A DNA stretch of 64,000 bases, taken from Octopus vulgaris (lineage: Eukaryota). The position numbers and the translations under genes were made by a program. Every line of letters begins with the position of its first letter. Position 1 is the stretch's first letter. This document shows, piece after piece, positions 12,861 through 25,278 of the stretch. Location: the NCBI GenBank assembly GCA_951406725.2, contig OX597817.1, positions 175,026,001 to 175,090,000 on the forward strand, written 5' to 3'. The notes beneath the pieces were generated by a model, which had not been told where the DNA came from, ran no database searches, and saw nothing but the letters and a program-made list of their open reading frames with translations.

Positions 12861-13938
12861 ATGGCTAAACCTGGTATATCATAATCCTCCTCCTCTGTCT
12901 ATTTTCCATGTTGGAATTGGTTGGATGATATTTGATAGGCTTCTTTCAGTTTTCCTTATACCAAATCCACCTCAAAACGATTTTGGGTGGCCTGAGCTAT
13001 TTATAGAAAACACTTGTTCAATGTGTCATCCAGAGGGTCCGAATGTGATCCCATGTCGTTGGGATGCAATATTCTTAACCACACAACAACACCTGCACAA
13101 AGATGAATATTTACATTTTTATTCTTGTAGCAGAAAGATAAGCTTTTTCCATCTTGGAATAACCTTATATTTTTCAGTTTGATAGTCAACTGAAGTAAAA
13201 TACTTTGTTCACGATATCAGAATAAACTTTTTGACAGATTTTGAAATTAGTATCAGTTTCAACAGAATAAATATTTTAGATTTCGTTTTTGGATTTGGTT
13301 TGCAAGATTCTTTATATGAGTTCGTGTGTTGAACAGACACAACAAAATATTTTAGACATCAACTGATATTGAATTATGTATTAAATACTGGAAATTTTTT
13401 GTAGGGGTTGATGAATTCACAGAAATAATAAGTCCTCAAGTGAATTGAAAGTTGATAATTTTATAAATTTCTTTTGTGGGATTTATAAATATTAATGTAC
13501 TTCAAATATTTTGTAACAGATAAATCGTTAAATTATAGGTTTTGTATGTATGTATGTATGTTTAATGAAGTATCAGTGAAAATAATTAATATTTCACTAG
13601 ATGTCTGATCTTGACAACTAAGTCTGTAGAGCTTCCTTTTCTTTTTTTTGTTTTTGTCTGATTTGAACATAGTGACAATAAATTGGTTGGAAAGTAAAAA
13701 AAAAGAATTCTATAATATTTATGAAGAAAATTTCTTTGTTGTTTCGATCGAAGTTCATTAGTATTTGAAGCCTCGTTAAGGCAAGTCCTGTCTCAGTTTA
13801 TTGTTTGTTGAATTTACATTATTGGCTTACTTTTATATTATGTTGATGGTTTGTACTGATGATCAGATTTATTTAAAACACTTTTTTTGAGTCTTTCTAA
13901 GCCTAATTTGATTATGAAAACTGTTTCAACCTTTTGTA

Positions 13939-14500
13939 TTGGGTTGTCCGGAAAGTTTGTGCTGATTTTTAAAGGAAAGAAAAAGCTCAATACTTGCCAT
14001 TACATTTTTAATCAACCAAATATGAACCATTTTGTTGCAGAATGCATCTCCATCTTTCCTTTAACTTGAAAATACCCTCTTCCCAGAATTGAGGTGGTTT
14101 CATGGCAAAGAATTCATCAAGGTATCTTTTTACGTCATCCAAGGAATTGAAATTTTTACCATTAAGACTATTCTGCAGAGACCTGGGTAAGTGGAAATCC
14201 AAAGGAGCAATATCTGGTGAATATGGAGAGTGGGGTAACACATCCCAGCTGAGCTGCAGCAATTTTTGTCTGGTTCCCAAAGCATCAAGTGCCGAAAATG
14301 AATTTTCTTATCTTCCATTTTAAAGGGTTACAGAATTAACACAGGTTATAGGAATATAAACCTTCTTCCACGTTAAGATAGCTTAAACTGTACTGTAAAT
14401 GGAGGTGTAGTCAAATCCTATTTTATGGACTCAACCATGTTCTAAAATAAGTTGAAAGGTAAGCTGCTATAAATCGGCACAAACTTTCCAGACAACCCAA
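13939..14500 (-). mobile_element. Internally deleted mariner (mellifera-subfamily-like)
   Basis: TA on both sides; 30-bp TIRs TTGGGTTGTCCGGAAAGTTTGTGCTGATTT with 2 mismatches; transposase start MEDKKIHFRHLML joined to C-terminal WDVLPHSPYSPDIAPLDFHL...NGSYLVD. Confidence 0.95.
14008..14318 (-). pseudogene. Mariner transposase remnant (start + C-terminal YSPDLAP motif region)
   Basis: ORFs 14130-14318 and 14008-14280; DNA-binding and most of the catalytic domain missing. Confidence 0.9.
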
Positions 14501-14954
14501 TATTTTTGTAAGTTTGTTCTAAGTGTCCATTCTTCACTTCAGACTTTTAGTTAGCCCTTGTTTTATATTTTCTGAGTAAAATAAAGCTTTCCTTGTGTAA
14601 GTCCCAAGTTACACTATTGCATGAATGCTGGAGAAATATGTCCTTTGTAATACCTGTGCGACACAATACAAGGAAAAGGTTAATCTTTGTCTTTATTTTC
14701 TCCATTTTCTTCACTGTTGTTGCTGTTTACCCTCAGGTCAGTGCTGGTCAAACAAACTTATGATAAAAGTCATTCTGGCCATGACAAAATTGTTTTTATT
14801 CAGGCAAAGCATAGTGTTATCCAAAGCGTTCATTATTTTTTGACAGTAAGGTGCAGGAGTTTTGGGCTGCTGTTTCTAGCAATTCATGTGGCTATGTAGA
14901 AGCTCCTCACAGTAGTTCAATTTTCCTCATTATGAATGTTACGCGTTTTACTCT

Positions 14955-15071
14955 ATCGCTGATTTTAGTTATTGGACTGCAGCCAAGCTGGGACACTGCC
15001 TCAAAGGGTTATGAGGACATAAACAAACAAACACTGGTTGTCAAATGATGTTAATGTAGGGACAAGATAAC

Positions 15072-15102
<31 letters not shown>

Positions 15103-15260
15103 CTACAGTTTCCATCTCTTACATTCTCTCATTAGGCATTGGCTGGCTACAGTAGGAACTACAGCAGGAGATACTTGTCCATGGTACCACACAAAGGAAC
15201 TGAACCTGAAAACAAGTAGTTTTGAAGCAGGTTTCTTAATTACACAGCCATGTTTGCAGC
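14955..15260 (-). mobile_element. SINE family A, degenerate
   Basis: Homology to 8386-8800. Confidence 0.65.
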
Positions 15261-15964
15261 TATCTGCAAATGACTAAAATATTAATTTAAGACAATTGTT
15301 TCTCAAATTTTTACTTAATATTTTTGGTGTGTTTCAGCTGTTTCACTTCACCTCCACCACCTCCACCACCACCACCACCACCACCACCATTATCATTATT
15401 ATCAGAGAATGCTGAAGGCTGGGCTGACACGATTTGGAAAAACCAACCAGGAGGTCAGCTATTCATATCTTATTAGCAATGTCTCGTTTTGTTTTTGACC
15501 AGAGTACTTTACTCCCAATCCACATAACTCTTAAATAATGTGGGTTAATTTCATTCTCCATGATAATCAGAGGCAGCATTATGAAATTGCCAAATAATTC
15601 ATTTGGCTTGCAAACTCTTCCCATGGGGGAAAAGAGAAAATACACAACCACACACACACACACATACAAACACACGCGCACACACTCAATCTACCTGTGA
15701 ATACCATTGTATTCAAAGGGAGAGATTTATCTCTTATTTACTCACTCATTCTATGAAAACTAGAGATAAGCAAAAGCCCTATTGATTCTTTGCATCTGGA
15801 AGAGGATTATCTATTTTAGCTTGATCATCATCATCATCATCGCCACCCTCGCTGTCATCGTCATCATTGTCATCATTGTCATTGCCTTCATCGATGTCAA
15901 TGTGCATTTTTAATAAGTACTGTTTGTATGAAAATATCAAGATGTTCTTAATGTCCTTTTTCAG

Positions 15965-16043
15965 ATATTCTACCTAAAAACTGACCAAGGATACAAAAAC
16001 AAAATTTGGATTAACCATTAAGCTGTGGAGATAAGATCAGCAG
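15965..16043 (+). other. Candidate 79-nt non-coding (5'-UTR) exon
   Basis: Acceptor CTTAATGTCCTTTTTCAG| and donor CAG|GTATGT; stops in all three frames. Confidence 0.35.
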
Positions 16044-16625
16044 GTATGTATATTTGTTTAAAGTTAGTCTCAGTTAGTTGCACTATTTATCTCCACCCAA
16101 CGTTTCTTTTTGCTGCACCTACCTTTTAGTCTAGAACCAAAACACAAATTTATAATGTTATGTGATTCATGTAGTTCTTATCAAGAAATTTACTCTTATT
16201 CAGTTTGTAGAGTTTATGCAATTTGAGTTTTTATTTACTAAAGAATATCCTTCTGCCTGCAAGTTTTTTCTTTTTCTGATATCCAGTGACAAGAGAACAT
16301 ATTGTTATTAGTTGTTTAGTCCTCAGTCAGCTTTGACCAAGTGGACTTTCGAAGCTCCCCTTCACCCCACACACAAAAAAAAGCAAATAAACAATCCAAA
16401 TAAACTATTGTGTCCTTCTACAGCTACATTTCTAATATATCCTTCCTATTCGTAGATGATTGAATGTGATTTAAATAAAAACTTAACTGCTATTTCAGAT
16501 CCCTGCTGCCACTGGTCTAGTTTACTGGTACCTTGTACAAGCTAGTACCTTGCATAGTACAGTGTTTATAAGCTTGTATCATATAAACTAATGTGTGGGT
16601 GCCTGTGTTTCATTTAATTGTTTAA

Positions 16626-16845
16626 CCCTTTAGCATTCACATTACTCCATCAAAAGCAATGCTTATTTATTCGTGTTATTTTGAATTAATCATGCATTAT
16701 CACAAAGCTTTTTGATTTTGATGAAGTAACAGTTAATTTTTAGAATGATATTGTAGGGTTGGTGCGAGAGGTCAGACCTGGTCAGTTTAGATATAAATCA
16801 GGTGGAATATTTTGGCTGGATATGGCCAGTTTAAATCCTAAAGAG
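16626..16845. mobile_element. piggyBac-type TTAA MITE (family 1)
   Basis: TTAA|CCCTTTAGCATT ... AATCCTAAAGAG|TTAA. Confidence 0.8.
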
Positions 16846-17609
16846 TTAAGTAAATAAAATATTTGTGGACCAAGGTAACCACCCCTGATTCGGAAAAAAA
16901 CCAATCTGGAATGGCTTTGGAATCAAAAGTTCTGGAAAATTGATGTTGTACCTGTATACACACACACACACATTCACTCACAAAGAGTTTACCTGTCACT
17001 CATAAGAAAGTATGACCTTTTGACTTGTTTAAGGTGCCTACGTGGTTGTTAACAAGCCTAGACATCCTGATGTTGTATTTAGAAAAAGGGACCGAGCTTC
17101 TCTTTTAACTGACGTGGGATGAAAACAAAGCGAAACAAAAATGCAAAAACCCCAAAAGAAAACAAAACAAAAGTCTGTTGGAATTTAGATTATTGTAGCC
17201 ATTTCATAACTTTCAAATGGTTCTCCTTTATTTATCATCTGTCTTAGATCAAATATGAATGAATACAGGCTTCAGGGTAAATCGGCTTTATTTCAAAAGG
17301 ATAACGTTTATGCATAGTAAAGATTGATTTGCTGCTATTGATTTTTGAGAAATCTTTGAGATATTGCTTTCCTGTGGTTTAGTATTTCTTAAGTTAGATG
17401 GTTAGCATTTCTAAGGCTACAACATATCGATATTAGTATAGCTGCATAGCTAAGAAGTTTGCCATGCGGCTGTCTGGTTCTGCATTTAATCCTGTTGTGT
17501 GGAACGTTGGACAAGTGTTTTCTATCAAAACTTCATGGAATTTGGTAAATGGAAACTGTGCAGAAGCCTATTGTATATATGCACATATCTTTCTTTTATT
17601 GTTTACCTT

Positions 17610-17830
17610 TTATTTGTTTTAATCATTGGACTGTGGCCATGCTGGGGCTCCACCTTAACGAATTTTTGTTGAACAGATCAATCCCAGTACATATATTTTA
17701 AGTCTGTATCTGGTACTTACTTTTGATCCCCTTTGCCAAACAAACTGTTAGGCTATGAAGATGTAAACAAACCAGCACTGGTTGTCCAGTAGTGGTGGTA
17801 GACAAACACTGGCACAAAGAAACACACACA
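17610..17830 (-). mobile_element. SINE family A, 3' part
   Basis: Homology to 8386-8600. Confidence 0.7.
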
Positions 17831-17841
17831 TACATTTATAT

Positions 17842-18155
17842 GTGTGCCAGTGGCACATAAAAAGCATCATTCGAACGTGGCCGATGCCAGTGCCGCCTCA
17901 ACTGGCTTCATGCCGGTGACACGTTAAGAGCACCAACCGATCGTGGCTGATACCAGACTCCCCTGGCACCTGTGCAGGTGGCACGTAAAAAGCACCCACT
18001 ACACTCGCAGAGTGGTTGGCGTTAGGAAGGGCATCCAACTGTAGAAACACTGCCAGATCAGACTGGAGCCTGGTGCAGCCTCCTGGCTCCCCAGACCCCG
18101 GTCGAACCGTTCAACCCGTGCTAGCACGGAAAACGGACGTTAAATGATGATGATG
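17842..18155 (+). mobile_element. RTE LINE 3' UTR with ~60-bp tandem units and (GAT)n tail
   Basis: Matches 19345-19674. Confidence 0.85.
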
Positions 18156-18508
18156 ATATATATATAAGTCACAATATATGCATTCAAATAATATGATAGT
18201 ACTCATAAAAAATGCTCCTTGTGTGTCATTCTATAAAACAGAAAATATAGTATGATACAAGAGAAAATGGTACGTTGAGAATCTACTATTTAACAAAGAC
18301 TTTCTTTTACCTGATTTTTTACATTTTGCATTAATGCAGGTATGTAAGTAATTTAATTATTATTGAATATAATAACATAAATTATTTACATGCTTTTAAG
18401 TTACGAAACAATTTATCATGAAATTAGAATTGTTAAATAAAATTCATCAAGCTATTTCTCTGTCATTTGTGACTTTTATATATATATATATATATATATA
18501 CAAACATA

Positions 18509-19674
18509 AGCACATAAGAGGTGCAGCAATATCAAAGGAAGGCTAACTGAGAAGATAGTTTTTGTGTGTGGCAAATGCTCAGGAGCAATAAACACTGAAA
18601 ATGTGCAGAAAACAGCTTCTGTCACATTTCCAGAGGGAAAAACTACAAGTAGTTGATATCTTCTGTTACTTTAGTGACCAAGTCAGTATGGATGCTCTGA
18701 AAGTGTATATGTTAGCATAAGAATAGCCTGGGCAAAGTTGAGAGAGCTCCTACCTCTGCTGATTACAAAAGGCTTCTTGCTTAGAGTAAAAGGTAACCTG
18801 TATGATGCATGTGTGCAAACAGCCATGCTACATGGCAGTAAAACATGGGCCATGACTGCTGATGACATGCATAAGCCTGCAAGGAATGAAGCCAGTATGC
18901 TCCACTGGATGTGTATTGTCAGTGTGCATACACGACAGAGTGTAAGTGGCCTGAGAGAAAAGTTGGACTTAAGAAGCATCAGATGTGGTGTGTATGAGAG
19001 AGACTGCGCTGATATGGTCATATGTTGCAAATAGATGAGGACAGCTGTGTGAATAAGTGTCGCACCCTAGCAATAGAGGGAACCTGTGGAAGAGGTAGAC
19101 CCAGGAAGACCTGGGATGAGGTGGTGGAGCACAATCTTAGAACATTGGGCCTCACCGAGGCAATGATAAGTGACTGAGACCTTTGGAGATATGCTGTGCT
19201 TGAGAAGACCCGGCAAGCCAAATGAGACCATAACTGTGGCCTGTGCCAGTGCCGCATAACCAGCCCATTTAAGAGTACCCTTCAATCATTGGACAATAAA
19301 CTACGCTTGCGAAGACCTTTTGAGACAAGTGAAATTGCTGATTGGCACCTGTGCCAGTGGCATGTAAAAAGCACCATTTGAGTGTGATCATTGCCAGTGT
19401 TGCCTGATTGGCTCCTGTGCCAGTGACATGTAAAAAGCACTATTTGAGGTTGGTTGATGCCAGTACTGCCTGATTGGACCTCTTGCCGGTGGCATGTGAA
19501 AAGCACCCACTATGCTCTTAGAATGGTTGGCGTTAGGAAGGGCATCCAGCTGTAGAAACTCTGTCAAATCAGATTGGAGCCTGGTGCAACCTTCTGGCTC
19601 GCCAGCCCTCAGTCAAACCATCCATCCCATGCCAGCATGGAAAGCGGACATTAAATGACCATAATGATGATGAT
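18509..19674 (+). mobile_element. 5'-truncated RTE-clade LINE
   Basis: Peptides LYDACVQTAMLHGSKTWAM and EGTCGRGRPRKTWDEVV typical of RTE ORF C-terminus; frameshifts and stops; (GAT)n tail. Confidence 0.9.
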
Positions 19675-20490
19675 ATATACAATATAATATAATATAATAT
19701 AATATATATATATATATATACATATGCAATATATATTTATATACAATGAACCTCCATACAGTTTCTGTCTACCAAATTCACTCACAAGTTTTAGTCAGCT
19801 TGAGGCTATAGTAGAAGACATTAGGTGGCAAGTAGTGGTGGTGGAGGACCTGATACCACATGGTTCCAAAGTGACCTGTTTAACTACTCAGCAATGCCTG
19901 TCAAAACTGTGTAAAAACTGGTGTGTTTTGGGGAAATTCCTTTGCAGGAACAAAGCCTTTTGCACTGAATTACTGACATTCTTTATTCATTCTTGCCACC
20001 AAAAAGGCAGTGAATCAGAAATTAGCCTGTTCGAAGCCTGTTACCAAAGAAGTTCTTGTTCACCAGTTGTGATATAAAATAAATGAATATAAATATATAT
20101 TAAAAATCATGTTCTGCTTCACGAAATAAAGGACTTTGATGGATTTTTGATAAAGGAAACAGTTTAGGGGATTGAACTTGCTTTATCAATGTTAATGCTT
20201 TTTGTTCTCTCACACAAACAGATCTCTGTTTAAAAGTTTTTTTTATGCTATGCTAGAATGGGCAGGATTACTATGCAATTATTTGTATGAATTGTTCGCA
20301 CAGTTGTTTATAGCTTGTTGCCCTTCCTTAGACTAATCATTGAACTGTGAACGTGAAGTGGTACCTATTTTCAGCTCAGTTAAAAATGCGATAAGTTGGG
20401 CTGTGTAGTTTGTCTAAAGATGATAAAAATATATCGTTAACTAAAACCACATCATGCGTATGCACACACACATACACTCACAAAAACATT

Positions 20491-20564
<74 letters not shown>

Positions 20565-20691
20565 TACATACACATGCACACATGCCTATTGCCTATATAT
20601 ATATACTCACATACACACTGATATAGAGATAAAGATTAATGTACATGCATATACACACACACACATGACCACACAAGTATGTATATATGTA

Positions 20692-20726
<35 letters not shown>

Positions 20727-21230
20727 TCATCTGCACATGTGTACAATATATATGTTTATAGACATATACATATACATGCACAAAAAAAACCCCGTGTATA
20801 TGTTTACCTATACATACCTAAGTGCGAAGTAACTTGATGCTACTCCTAAAAATAATATAGGGAGCTGCTACATTTTTCACCCTTTTTTTTTAAAGAGCTC
20901 CCTCAAATAGAATACAAAATATAGGTACATTGCTGGTGTTGTAGGGAAGCTCATTTCAAATTTTAGATCACAATTACTAGTTGGTTGTGTCAAGGTATCT
21001 CTGTAGGATGAAACAAGATCAGAAATAATAGAATCAAAGCTAACAGCAAATGCTACAATCAAGTTCCCAAGTAGCATGGAATCCCCTTAGTGGGTAATAA
21101 AAAATCCCAAGTAGCATGGAATGTGATGGTATTTTGCATTTGCTCTTTTTTTTTGTTTTTGTTTTTGCTGTATTTTCTATTCAGAAAAAGATAAATTAAT
21201 TGTTTTCTAGCTTTCTATGCTTCTGTTTGA

Positions 21231-21482
21231 CTCTTTTGTTACCTAATTTCTTTTGAAAAATATGGACTTTGATTTAATTAATTTTGAAAACAGTGAGGAG
21301 TTTAGTAAAATAATTTTGTCATTATTAAGCTGATATTTGAAACATAAACTAGAATTTTGATGGAAGATTTTAATTAAGTCGCTTTAAAATAGAAGTTTGT
21401 ATTCAAAATGAAGGCTGTCCTCAAGAAATTCATATCATAAAACCAAGGGTGGCTTCAGGTGGTTTGGTATCAAAAAGGTTAA
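21231..21482. mobile_element. piggyBac-type TTAA MITE (family 2)
   Basis: CTCTTTTGTTACC...GGTATCAAAAAGG|TTAA; relatives at 21807-22010, 28225-28446, 32222-32485, 32635-32856, 47462-47675, 55146-55348. Confidence 0.7.
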
Positions 21483-22029
21483 ATATTTATTCTCTGACAG
21501 TTTTTTGATGTTTTGAAGAAGCTTAAAATATTTTGATAACTTTGAACATCAGGATGTAAAAACAAATGGTCAGTTTAAATAAACAAAGCAATCATTGACA
21601 TACCAGAATTAATAAACAAGGCACTGTTTTAAAACATAATAATAAGCACAGGTGTAATTTTGTGGTTGAAGAGCTTACCTCCTAGCTATGTGATCTCAAC
21701 TTGTTGTCCTCCCTTCTTAGCTTGTTGCATTCGATCTTTTTTGCTGTAGTTTCTATACAAAAAAAGATAAAGTAATTGTTTTCTAGCTTTCTATGCTTCT
21801 GTTTAACTCTTTTCTCACTATATTTCTGTTGAAATAATCTACTTTTGTTTCTATAAATTTTGATAATAATGAAGAGTTAAGCAAAATAATTTTGTCACCT
21901 TGAAGTTGGTGTTTTGGAATATAAGTTAACATGAAATTTTGATGGGAGGTTTTAATTTAAATTTTTTTAAACCAAGAAGTTTGTATCATACAATCAAGGC
22001 TGGCCTCAGTGTACATCCAAGATCAACAG

Positions 22030-22290
22030 ATCAACCAAAACCTTGTGAGTGAACTTGGTAACATGTAAGTGTGTGTGTGTAACCTTGTTTTGACATCATG
22101 TTAAGGTTGTAAATGACCATCACTGTTATATAAGTGGTGTTGTTTATTCCCAGTCTTCTTTGAAAAATGTCTGGTCATGGAGTAATGAAAAGCATCTGGC
22201 TGTAGAAAATGTTTCAGTGGATTACATCTGACCCATACAAGCATGGAAAAGTGGATGTTAAAATGATGATGATGATGATGATGATGGCGA
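22030..22290 (+). mobile_element. SINE-A-derived element with RTE-like (GAT)n tail
   Basis: CCTTGTGAGTGAACTTGG then GCATCTGGCTGTAGAAA..CAAGCATGGAAAAGTGGATGTTAAAATGATGAT. Confidence 0.7.
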
Positions 22291-22570
22291 TATCGTAATA
22301 CCTGTAATATAGCACAACCCAATATTACTCATGAGTTCAGTACTTTACCCCAGGCCATTGTGTGATGTCAAGGCAAGGGGATATAAGCACACACACTATA
22401 TATATACACACACACACACATATCTATATATATTAATTATATATATACACACACATGCATATATATATGTAACATATATATATACACGCACACACACATA
22501 TATACATATATATACATACACATACACATATATATGCACCCCCCACACACATATCTATAAATATATGTGA

Positions 22571-22758
22571 CAATTAGATGGTTGTCATAATAAAACTCCG
22601 AGTTTCAGATGCTGGGGCTGAAGTCTGCTCTGGCATCCAAAACTCTGAGTTTTATTATGACAACCAACTAATTGGCATATATTATATTTATTATATTTAT
22701 AGATAAATTCCTCTATTTACATAATATTGAGGCCTTGTTCATTTTTTTGTTGTCATAT
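22571..22758 (+). mobile_element. Penelope-like terminal fragment with fold-back inverted duplication
   Basis: Arms 22571-22618 and 22627-22674 (~41/48 complementary); 22697-22733 matches reverse complement of 59399-59434. Confidence 0.65.
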
Positions 22759-22766
22759 TATTATTA

Positions 22767-22814
<48 letters not shown>

Positions 22815-22849
22815 TACATATATATATATGTATATATATTTCTGCAACT

Positions 22850-23549
22850 CCACACTTTGTTTTCTTTCTTTCTCTCTATCCCTCTATAATCCTCTATATT
22901 TACCTTTTCTCCCCCTCCTTCCTTGCTGACCCCTGCCTGTCTTTCTTTCAGTCCCTACCATCTTTTGTTCCTTCTCCCTTCTCCCCACCCCCTTTGTTTC
23001 TTTCCCTCATCCTCTCTCTTGTCCCCTTCCCCTCTACCTGTTGCTCACACGTGACTACAGGCCATTTCTGTTACTTCTGTCTTTTCTGGATGAGGTGTCC
23101 ACCTAGCTAGACATCATTTCTCTCGCCTCTTGATGTTTTTTTCTCTTCGGCTATTTTCTTCTATATTCTTTCAAAATTTCTCCCAAGTTACCCATTACAA
23201 TTCATTTTGGTTAAACACCCTTAATGTTTGTCTTCTTCAATTCTTTACTCTGTATGTCCACTCTGCTGTTTGTTCGTTTGAAGCCCTAACTCTTCATAAA
23301 TTTTATATTTTCAACATTTCTTTCATGCTGCTGTCTTATGAAGTTTTCCTATTTTGTCATTGAAAGCATGAAATTGGGAGTAGTAAAACAGTCGACAACT
23401 GTCGAGGAGTTATCTTCATTTGGTATTTGGTCTGGTACTCATCTCTTGTATCTATACATATCTTGTTGGTGATGTCCTGTACTTATCTATCGTGTGTTTA
23501 CGAATTTTTCACTCGTTGGTGATGTCCTGTACTTAATGTGTATTTTTTG

Positions 23550-23552
<3 letters not shown>
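22850..23552 (+). mobile_element. Probable Penelope-like 3' region (pyrimidine tract, UTR, degenerate hammerhead-like segment) ending in (TA)n
   Basis: Architecture parallels 36760-37760; decayed motif CTTATGAAG...GTAAAACAGTCG at ~23335-23395. Confidence 0.4.
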
Positions 23553-23603
<51 letters not shown>

Positions 23604-24068
23604 ATGGGCTTCTTTCAGTTTCCACCTATCATCCATTCAGCCCAGGGCTATAGTAGAAGGTAATTGTCGAAGGTGCCACACAGTGGAACTGAACCCCCAA
23701 ACCATGTAGAATTACAATAAAGAAGCAAACTTCTTAACTATTCAGGCATAACATGCTTTGAACTCCTAAGATATAGTGAAACACATCAAGTACCACTGTT
23801 TTGCTGTCTTTCATAGAATGACCATCAGGTGTGATAATACTAAAAGATTGACTGGCTAAAACTTGTGAATGCTATTCAGATACAGAAGAAAATAGTTACA
23901 AAGACATTTATAGCTTCATAACTTTTTGAATAAATATTATTTCATCATCTCATTTTTTAATTTTATATTTGATACTAAAACTTTATAAAAGAAATGAAAA
24001 ATATCTGTCTTAGTATTTAAATGGCAAATCTATTATTTAGGTTAGAAGATTAAACTATATTATAGTTC

Positions 24069-24500
24069 GGCAGTGGATTAGCAAAATCGATAGAGCATTG
24101 GGTAAAATGCCTTGTGGCATCAGTTCCAGCTGTTTATATTCTGAGTTCAAATCCTGCTGTGGTTAACTTTGCTTTGATCTCTCTGGGGTTGATAAAGTAA
24201 AGTACTAGTCAAGTACTGAGATTGATGATATCAACCAACTGCTTCTCCTCAAAATTGCTGCCCTTGTGTCTAAATCAGAAACAATTATAAGATAGTGAGC
24301 TGCAAAAACTGTTAAATTGTCAGTAAAAATGCTTTATGGTGGCTCTTTAGGTTCTGAGTTCAAATCATGTGGAGGTCAGCTTTGTCCTTCATCCTTTCGG
24401 GGTCAATAAAATAAAGTACCAGATAAGTACTGGAATTGATGTAACTGACTGATCCTCCCTCCCCTCAAAATTACTGGCATAGTGCCTAAATTTAAAACAA

Positions 24501-24540
<40 letters not shown>

Positions 24541-24985
24541 TGGTGGTGTGTTGACAGAATCACTTCTACACTGGACAAAATGGATTGTGGCATTTCTCCT
24601 GGCTTTATACTCTGACATTAACTTAATCTTTCATCCTTTTGGCGTCAATAGAATAAGCACCTGTTGAGCACTGAAGGGACTTACCCCTTCAACTAAAATT
24701 ACTAGCCTTGTACCAAAATTTTGAACCCGTTATCATTGCTATTGTTATTATCAGGTTTCAATAAGGCAGCAAGCTGGTAGAATTGTTACTATGCTGAACA
24801 AAATGCTGAGCAGCATTTCTTCTGACCATTACGTACTGAGTTTAAATGCCGCCAGGGTCAACTTTGCCCTTCATCCTTTTGGGGTTGATAAAATAAGTAC
24901 TAGTTGAGCACTGGGGTCGATGTAATTCACTTAGCCCCCCCCCCTTGCCCAAATTACGGGCTTTGTGTCAGATTTTGAAACCATT
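24069..24985 (+). mobile_element. Four head-to-tail SINE family B copies
   Basis: Units ~24069-24288, 24290-24500, 24542-24735, 24765-24985, each with head, core and TGTGCC..AAAC end. Confidence 0.8.
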
Positions 24986-25016
24986 GTTATCTAGTTTCAA
25001 TAGCCTTATATATATC

Positions 25017-25278
25017 TTGGCACGTAAAAAACGCCATTTTCGAGCATGGCTGTTGCCAGTACCGCCAGACTGGCCCTCGTGCTGGTGGCATGTAAAAGCA
25101 CCCACTACACTCTTGGAGTGGTTGGCATTAGGAAGGGCATCCAGCTGTAGAAACTCTGCCAGATCAGATTGGAGCCTGGTGCAGCCATCTTGTTCGCCAG
25201 TCCTCTGTCAAATCGTCCAACCCATGCTAGCATGGAAAACGGACGTTAAATGATGGTGACGATAAAGATGATGATGAT
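25017..25278 (+). mobile_element. RTE LINE 3' tail
   Basis: Matches 19420-19674. Confidence 0.85.

Noticed and set aside
17842-18000. Repeat-spacer pattern resembling a CRISPR array
   Set aside because: Spacers are homologous to each other, the array is part of an RTE 3' UTR, and there are no cas genes in this eukaryotic context.
18242-18339. Plus-strand exon ending CAG|GTATGT
   Set aside because: No convincing polypyrimidine acceptor; wedged between RTE insertions.
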